Shown one piece after another: positions 57,256 through 64,000 of a stretch of 64,000 bases of DNA. The translations under genes were made by a program, and so were the position numbers. The stretch is from Polymyxa betae A26-41. Its lineage: Eukaryota > Protista > Endomyxa: Phytomyxea. The stretch is taken from NCBI GenBank assembly GCA_003693705.1, contig RBZT01000563.1, forward strand, positions 1 to 64,000, read 5' to 3'. Within the stretch, counting starts at the first letter, position 1. Every line of letters begins with the position of its first letter. The notes under the pieces were generated by a model. The model was not told the origin of the DNA. It saw only the letters and a list, made by a program, of their open reading frames with translations, and made no database searches.

Positions 57256-58533
57256 ATGATGTTACGACGTTCCTGTCTTGGTACTGCCATATGGAGCCCC
57301 AATCATATTCTAAGACGCTTCGCTACTACGACTGCAGCGACCTCGTCGTCTACTCAGGAACTGGCTGATAAACAGCCGCCGTTGACTTCCGAGCAGATCC
57401 AGGAGTTCAACGATTTCTATGATGAGTATTTACGCGGCCAGCAGGCCATCGTACCAGAAAATGCACGACCTAATTATCGATCTCACCTATATTCATGCTG
57501 AGAAATGTCTTTAGGAAGCGATGAAGAATATTCGGCGTTCTGGTGTGGTGGCCTTAAAAATTGGTATGATGGGCATGTTCGATGCATTGGGCGAAAGGCA
57601 TCGTAATAGCGCTTCACACTTTTCTCTGTATGCCTCAAATTGATTGACATTTCATGACAGCTGTAACTTTATTGCAAGTCGATTCGTGTCATGTTGTCCA
57701 AGCCAAAACTCGGCCAAATTCCAAAGGACTAGTTGGACTGCAGGTCGGAGCTGGCGACAAAAAAATGAAGAACTGTACGAAAGCTTGTATTGGGCATCAT
57801 GCTAAAGCTAATTTATCACCCAAAAGAATACTTGTATGTGAAATCGACACATTTATTGTGGCTCTTTCACACATACTGTAACAGTTTGAATTTCCTGTTA
57901 GCCCAGAAGCAACGATTCCAGCTGGGACTCAATTGACAGCGTCTCATTTCATTGCTGGCCAGCTGGTTGATATTCAGGGGATAACCAATGGGAAGGGATT
58001 TGCTGGCGCTATGAAACGTTGGGGGTTCAAAGGACAGGGGGCGTCCCATGGTGTTTCTATTTCTCATAGATCACTGGGAAGCACCGGAAACTGTCAAGAC
58101 CCGGTTTGTCTCATAGTCAATGGAAGGTACAAAGTCATTTACTGCTTATAGGGCCGTGTATGGAAAGGAAAGAAGATGGCTGGAAGAATGGGTGGCGATA
58201 CCCGAACCGTTCAAAGCATGAAAGTAAGCATTAACTAAATTCCAACTGAGCTGGCTAGTTAATCGATTGTCCAGATTTTGAGAATTGATCCTGTTAAAAA
58301 TATTCTTTACGTTCGTGGCAGTGTCCCAGGACGTCGAGGAAATTGGGTCCGAATTACTGATGCGATTCGTGCTCCTGTATGTAGAAAACATCTTGTGCGT
58401 TTTCCAACTGCTAATATTGTTTTTGCAGGATCAGGTAGCCAGTCTGCCTTTCCCGACGGCTACAGAACCATGCTCGGATAGTGATGTATTCGCTCCTGTC
58501 GATTTTGCTAAGGATCCTTTCAAGAATGAATAG
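57256..58533 (+). CDS. MRPL3: Mitochondrial ribosomal protein uL3m, multi-exon
   Basis: Presequence, [36 protein letters not shown]|[21 protein letters not shown]. Confidence 0.93.
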
Positions 58534-58584
58534 ATTTATTTGATAATACTTTAGTGATCGCCACCATTTGTCAAAGAATATGTT

Positions 58585-59433
58585 TCATTGAGTTATGTTG
58601 CCTGACAAGTTGCGAATATTTCTAGGGTTCGGTAAGATTCCTTCTGCATGATTGGCAGTTTTGCCAATAAGTCGAATCCTGATAGAATCTGGATTAACTT
58701 GAGCGGCATCATCGTCTGATTCCTGGATTAATTCTATATCAGTTTGCAGATTGCTTGGTCCACTATTAGTTTGCGAATTTCCATCAGCGTTCACATCGAC
58801 GTGATCAACTGTCATTGTTTGATTTATGGAATGCACTATGGCCGCTGAAGCAACAGAGCCATTGAAATCGGACCCGAGATCGATAGAAGAGTGATTAGTT
58901 TCATGTTGCTGTTCATTATCGATGAGTTTGTCGATAGCAGCGACCAACTCATCATCATATTCAGCTTCTGTTTGCTCGGATGATGAAGCCTTAACATCAG
59001 ATTTTTCGTTCTGATCTTGGCTCAAAAGATTTTCTGACTCAATCGGTTTGTTTGATCCAGGGAGATTGTCTGACTCCTGAATTTCTTCGCTGTCAAGCTG
59101 ATCAATTGCTGAATTTGGCAAATTATATCCATTGCTATCAATATTCACATTATCATGAACTTCATCCAAATCCGTATCCGAATCTAAGGTATCCAATTCC
59201 ACATTTTCTAGTCGCTGAGGTATGCTATCTTGATTGTCCTCGAAGTCTGATAATATGGCTCTATCTTGATTGACGATAACAAGTACGATCACTACAGTTA
59301 TAAATATCCCAATAAAAGCCACATATCGGAGATAGTTCAGATTTGAGCGCCAGCCTGACGATGATGTTGAGGCGGATTCTTCCTGGTCATAATAATCTTG
59401 ACCAGCGGGGCGATTATTAGGTCTTCGCAGCAT
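58585..59433 (-). CDS. Type II membrane protein with an acidic, low-complexity lumenal tail
   Basis: Single TM (YVAFIGIFITVVIVLVIV) followed by a D/E/N/S-rich region. First in-frame ATG at 59433. Confidence 0.65.
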   Translation of the reverse strand: MLRRPNNRPAGQDYYDQEESASTSSSGWRSNLNYLRYVAFIGIFITVVIVLVIVNQDRAILSDFEDNQDSIPQRLENVELDTLDSDTDLDEVHDNVNIDSNGYNLPNSAIDQLDSEEIQESDNLPGSNKPIESENLLSQDQNEKSDVKASSSEQTEAEYDDELVAAIDKLIDNEQQHETNHSSIDLGSDFNGSVASAAIVHSINQTMTVDHVDVNADGNSQTNSGPSNLQTDIELIQESDDDAAQVNPDSIRIRLIGKTANHAEGILPNPRNIRNLSGNITQ

Positions 59434-59539
59434 ATAATCTACAACCTGTACAAGAGGTTTGGCAGTCTGACTCTCATATTGCACGACTGCACATCACATT
59501 CACTGAGGGCGTCAATTCTCTTTAATAACAGCAAGTTCA

Positions 59540-60313
59540 ATGGATAGTATTGTGGATGTATTTTCTGCAACGCATCAATTTCGGCTGGATCCTGCTCGCT
59601 TTCTGGTTGCATGGAATGGTGTTTTAGTTCTAGGTAAAGTTACGGGAGTTCATAACAAGTGAAACTTGAACCACTTTTCAGCTTTTGAAGGGTTCCCTTG
59701 CGGCATTGAGGCAGCGAAATATAAACTGATTGAAAAGTTGCCATTAATCCAGGAGAATCCTGGTTCAAAATGGCCCAAAGTAACTTGTTTTTCACTCAAT
59801 CATATTAACTTGTTTGAACTAATTTAGGTGACTCTGGCAGCCTTATCAGGATGTCGACCGCTGCTTGAATCCGACTTCGAAACTCTAAACGCCATCCTTT
59901 CCAGACATAGCGAGAAGCTGAGAAACTGTCATATTGTGTTTGATGCTGTATCCATTGTTCAGTTTAATTGTCGAAGCCTCGAAAGCATCCGAGATCGATA
60001 CGATATCGCCTTAAGGGACCCCCTAAATCAAGACCAGATCTCTCCTGAGCAGAGACGCATCAATGCTGCCATCCTGGCTGAACCAGACTCACTTGACTAC
60101 TTTTCGCTAGCTTCTCGGGCGGGACGCGACATAAACTACTACAGAGAAAATCACGTGGAATGGACGCTGGTGTCGTTCCTGAACGGCGCTCTAGAAGACG
60201 AGATCACCCTGCTTTGTAAAGAGATCGAAGGCCAGTTGCCAGATCTATACGAATGGATTCGACCAGAATCTCGTCATGTAACATTACTGGGCCTAGACCG
60301 TCTCGTTCAGTAA
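59540..60313 (+). CDS. Conserved-looking hypothetical protein, possible 2H phosphoesterase-like fold, 3 exons
   Basis: Spliced FLVAWNGVLVL|AFEGFP...ENPGSKWPK|VTLAAL...SRHVTLLG. Confidence 0.6.
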
Positions 60314-60466
60314 CGTTACACCAATCAATCATATCCCTGAGATGCATGTCAGGCTTTCATCGGCCCATGACCCCAAATGGGATATAAATGACGCTGAACC
60401 CCATACGATGTTACACAATAGAGTCAGAAGACTCCTCTCTATCTACAATGCCATTTTGATTTCGTG

Positions 60467-61009
60467 ATGTCTAATACACGACATCGAATCCCTCTACAAG
60501 CCATCTCAACCAATGTCGTGAGACCTGCTGACCCTGATAATCCCGATGTTAAGGGTAAAGTGACGAGATTATCTTCGCTGTTTGGAAAGAGCGGCAGTTC
60601 GGCGATGCTGAATGCTGCAAAACCGTCGTCTTCAGCTGGTGAACGTGACCAAAGCTATGTTCGCCAGAATGCTTCGCTTGCCAGGTAGGGCGATCTGATG
60701 ATTCTGAAGCACCATGCTCGAGCTTTTCTACGTAGAAATATAGCCTATTTATCAAAGCAAATTCAAAATGTGCAGCAAGAAAACGGCTCGCTTCGCCATA
60801 GGGTCATCCTCTACGAGAACGCCAGCCGCAACCAGCAACAAAGAATGAAACAGGTCATAAGGATACATAGCGAAATGGAAATCTGAAGAGAGTCGTTGCA
60901 GAGCGAAGAAGCTCTGGCAAATCTGAGCGCTGTTCGGGAGGAGCTAGCCGATATCCTGTCACAACTCGAGAAAGCCAAACAGGCGATAGAGTCCGAGGAA
61001 TCAGATTAG
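60467..61009 (+). CDS. Small coiled-coil protein resembling the shugoshin N-terminal coiled coil, 3 exons
   Basis: Spliced SYVRQNASLAR|NIAYLSKQIQNVQQENGSLR. N-terminal RIPLQAISTN resembles a D-box. Confidence 0.55.
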
Positions 61010-61049
61010 CGTATCAATTGATGTATTTCACGAGGAAAAATGTCGAAGT

Positions 61050-62681
61050 TTAAAGGGTATTCGTGGATGGAGACTCGAATGGACACGCATTAATAAGATT
61101 AGCCATTTCTTCTTTCTCACGTTCGTATCGTACTTTGTCGCTTGAAGCAGATAATACGTAGGGTTCTTTGTCTTCATCGCTCAGGCTCTTCCAGCGTAAA
61201 CCGATTTCGGTTGCCACCTCTTTGAATGATTTGCCTAGTCCGATTTAGCATTCAATTGACCGGCAGCTAAATAAAGGTGTACCTGGACAAGTTGTACTCA
61301 AAGCACGACGTTGTTCTGCTACGAAAAATAAATAAGCAGATATAGGATGTTTAGGGGTATTCTGAGCCCGTTTTCTTCTGAAATGAATCAGCAGACTTCA
61401 TATCGTGCTGACAATGCCAACCTTTTTAAATTCTCTGTCTGTGGCCTATTGACTGATCGGACACTGCCTTCAGCATCTTCACCTTTCGTGTACGATTGGA
61501 ATTCGCGCTCATAACGAGTTTTATCTCGTTCTGCCATATCCTCGTATCGAGATCGGTCTGAAGCCCTCATTTCTTTCCATCTGGTTCCGATCAGCTTAGC
61601 CATTTGGCCAAAGCCCATATTCTACACAGAATATCAGCGAAATGGCGAAAGCGAAGCCTGATGTTATTACAGGACATTCTTTGCACAGCCTTGCACGAGT
61701 TTCAGCTACGAAAAAGAGATATGCTGAAATAGGATGTTTAGGGGCTTTCGGGTCACGCTTGCGACGCTTCAGAGCGTTCTGGCTGGAATCCTCACCAGAA
61801 ATTGCATCCATCTCGCGCTGGTAGCGAACTTGATCTTCCTTCTCCATGTCATGATACTGTGGAGGAGCAGAATTTAGAAGCCAGTTCTGACGCCAATCAT
61901 ACGAATAGCAACAAATGAGGACAAAAGACAGAGCCAGACGGCATCAAGTGCAGAAATTCAACCGACGCCGTAGGAAAAGTGCGTCCATAAATAACTCCAT
62001 CGTCCTTGGTCAATAACAAACAGATGCCAAACATTCCCATCTCTTCGTTACCTTCTGTCGATCTGTAGCACTGATCTTGTTCCAGCTCTGGCCGATTTCG
62101 CGGTTAACTTCGGTTAGTGCCAGATCGGGTCGTACTCTTAGCATCCTTGTTCGACATTCATTGACGTAGAACGCGTATGATGACGATGGTGGGATGGGAT
62201 GTCTCATTCCATTCCGTTGTCGTTTGTATCCTGTCCTTTTTTCACCATCTTCTTCACCTGGAGCTTTTATGATGCCGTTGTTTGGCATGCCTTCAACAGC
62301 ACGTGCATAATCCAGCGACGAAGTTCCTAACGACTGCAATCCTGGTTACAAAGGTTGCAGGCATTTCGAATGACGATGTATTACCAAAGGGAATGTACGA
62401 GATAATCCACCAAACTGATGTGGGAATGTTGGGGGTCGTTCCATGATTGGAATGCCTTCAGGGGTTGGAGAAAGATTAGCCAGAACGAGCTGCTTCGGCA
62501 ATGGCGGATTGATCTGCAGTCTGCCTGGCGAACTCGGAGGGACAGTTAGCTTGGAATCGATCATCAGCGATTCTTCCCAGGATGAATCGTTTTCAAACGG
62601 TTTATCGGAGGAGAACCCGGGCATAATTATATCTGGGATGGAGAAGAGCGCCGACCCGGGCTCATTGTAATGATGACTCAT
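61050..62681 (-). CDS. Protein with three HMG boxes and a disordered N-terminus, multi-exon
   Basis: PPSSSYAFYV..EIGQSW, PKAPKHPISAYLFF..LIGTRW and TPKHPISAYLFF..EIGLRW boxes. Confidence 0.88.
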
Positions 62682-63037
62682 ACACGTTCTGGGAAGAAGC
62701 TTGAGATCTCGTAGCTGCCCACGACTTGGAGTTCTGACAAGAGCACCGCAAATGGTCCGGCAATCCCTTCGGAATCGACACAGGCATGATCGTAGTCAAC
62801 AGTCACAGCAACCATCACAGATCATTTTTCTAGGCTCATCCGGGGTCAGGTCGTACTGCCTCCAACACCTGTGAAGGCAGTTGGACTCTCCCACGTTTGA
62901 CGTGTCGTCATTACTTATGTACCTATATTCACCAGATATGATGTTATGATGACCGATATTCGTTGCTTTTTATTTCTGCGAAAATGATAGGCAAATACTA
63001 CATGATGGAGACCTAGTTTGTTGCTACAAGGACATAT

Positions 63038-64000
63038 CTAAACCGTCATTATTAAACTGACGAATTCATCAACTGCTGTCGGGTTGTTCAGATCTAGATT
63101 TATGAAAGATTCGTACAGGTTTTCATATCCTGTACCGTCCGTATTGATTCTATGTATGGGCTTTAAAAACATATGTTAGTTTGAACTTCAACCGGCTGAT
63201 CAGTGTACCTGTTGATTCATATACGCTTCGGAAACCTGCTTTGCTCTTTTGATAATTGCAGCAGGAATTCCTGCCATTACTGCACAATCCAGTCCATAGC
63301 TGTTCATGGAGACTCCAGGTACAAGCTTGTATAAGAAGGTCACCTGATCATCAATCAAAGGCAGATTTGATCGGACGTTTTCTTGAGGGGCTTTGGTGAT
63401 CACATCCATTTTGTAAAACGATATCGGCGAGAAGTTTTCTTGATCGGGTAATAGTTTCAGGGTGAAAAGCTCATGAAAATGAGTTGTAACTGAAGTTATC
63501 ATTGGAACAGTAATTTGAAATCTAAATCATTTCTTACTAATAGCTCGAGGAATTTCACTTGAATCTCTGTTTCCGAAATAATGGATCACAGAAGTCAAAA
63601 GAGCAATTCCATCCTCTTTGCATGTTCCTTTACCAAATTCATCAAGCAAAAGCCTAAGCAAACCTCAACGAAAGCAACTCCGATTGCTTTAGTTGCCTAC
63701 AAACTCGATGGCGTAGCATGTCGCAACATTCCTGTTGTAAAACATGTAGTGTTTCCCTTTCAGCAAACGCTGGCCCTTACTGCTTATTTGGTTACAATCT
63801 GTAGCAAACGTTGACAGTGATGACATAGCCGTTTCCTGAAGATCAATGCGACAAAATATTTGGTCAACAAACCCCAAAACAGCGTTTTCAGCTGGTACAA
63901 ACTGTGCTCTGAGCGTTATCTACAAGTCTTGTTTTCACAGTTTCCTACCGATCCACAATGTGCCAAGTCTGGACATGCAGTCAATTAAGTTGAGAACATT
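63038..64000 (-). CDS. MSH5: MutS homolog 5, 3' part (runs off the window)
   Basis: FVPAENAVLGFVDQIFCRI, STFATDCNQI, LLDEFGKGT, TTHFHEL, FLYKLVPG...SYGLDCA. DEFGKGT is typical of MSH5. Confidence 0.85.

Overview
This window is gene-dense eukaryotic nuclear DNA, not prokaryotic. About 30 protein genes are split by short (~45-65 nt) GT-AG introns, use the standard code, and are separated by very short intergenic gaps. The compact architecture and cilia-type coiled-coil genes suggest a flagellated protist; a plasmodiophorid-like rhizarian is my guess and cannot be proven from this window. The left edge (1-1810) is a decayed Ty3/Gypsy chromovirus with inverted LTR pieces. Recognisable genes: GCP4, PP6 catalytic subunit, KAS II/OXSM, Met-tRNA formyltransferase, CK2 alpha, calcineurin B-like, LSM8, CSDE1/UNR, syntaxin-18, UBC4/5, SERCA, Ulp2-type SUMO protease, F1 beta, CobW/ZNG1, SNW1, UMP-CMP kinase, mitochondrial L3, a triple HMG-box protein and MSH5. 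No CRISPR array, rRNA or tRNA was seen, and I cannot support a multi-gene novel system. The best leads are single-gene oddities. These are a legume-lectin-like domain inserted inside GCP4, a membrane-anchored DnaJ with no J domain, a short shugoshin-N-like protein beside an HMG gene and MSH5, a Rab-like probable pseudo-GTPase, a secreted PLC-like protein with a decayed tandem copy, and a palindrome-rich MITE-like element. Gene boundaries were assembled by eye across introns and all family calls come from motif recognition, not database searches.
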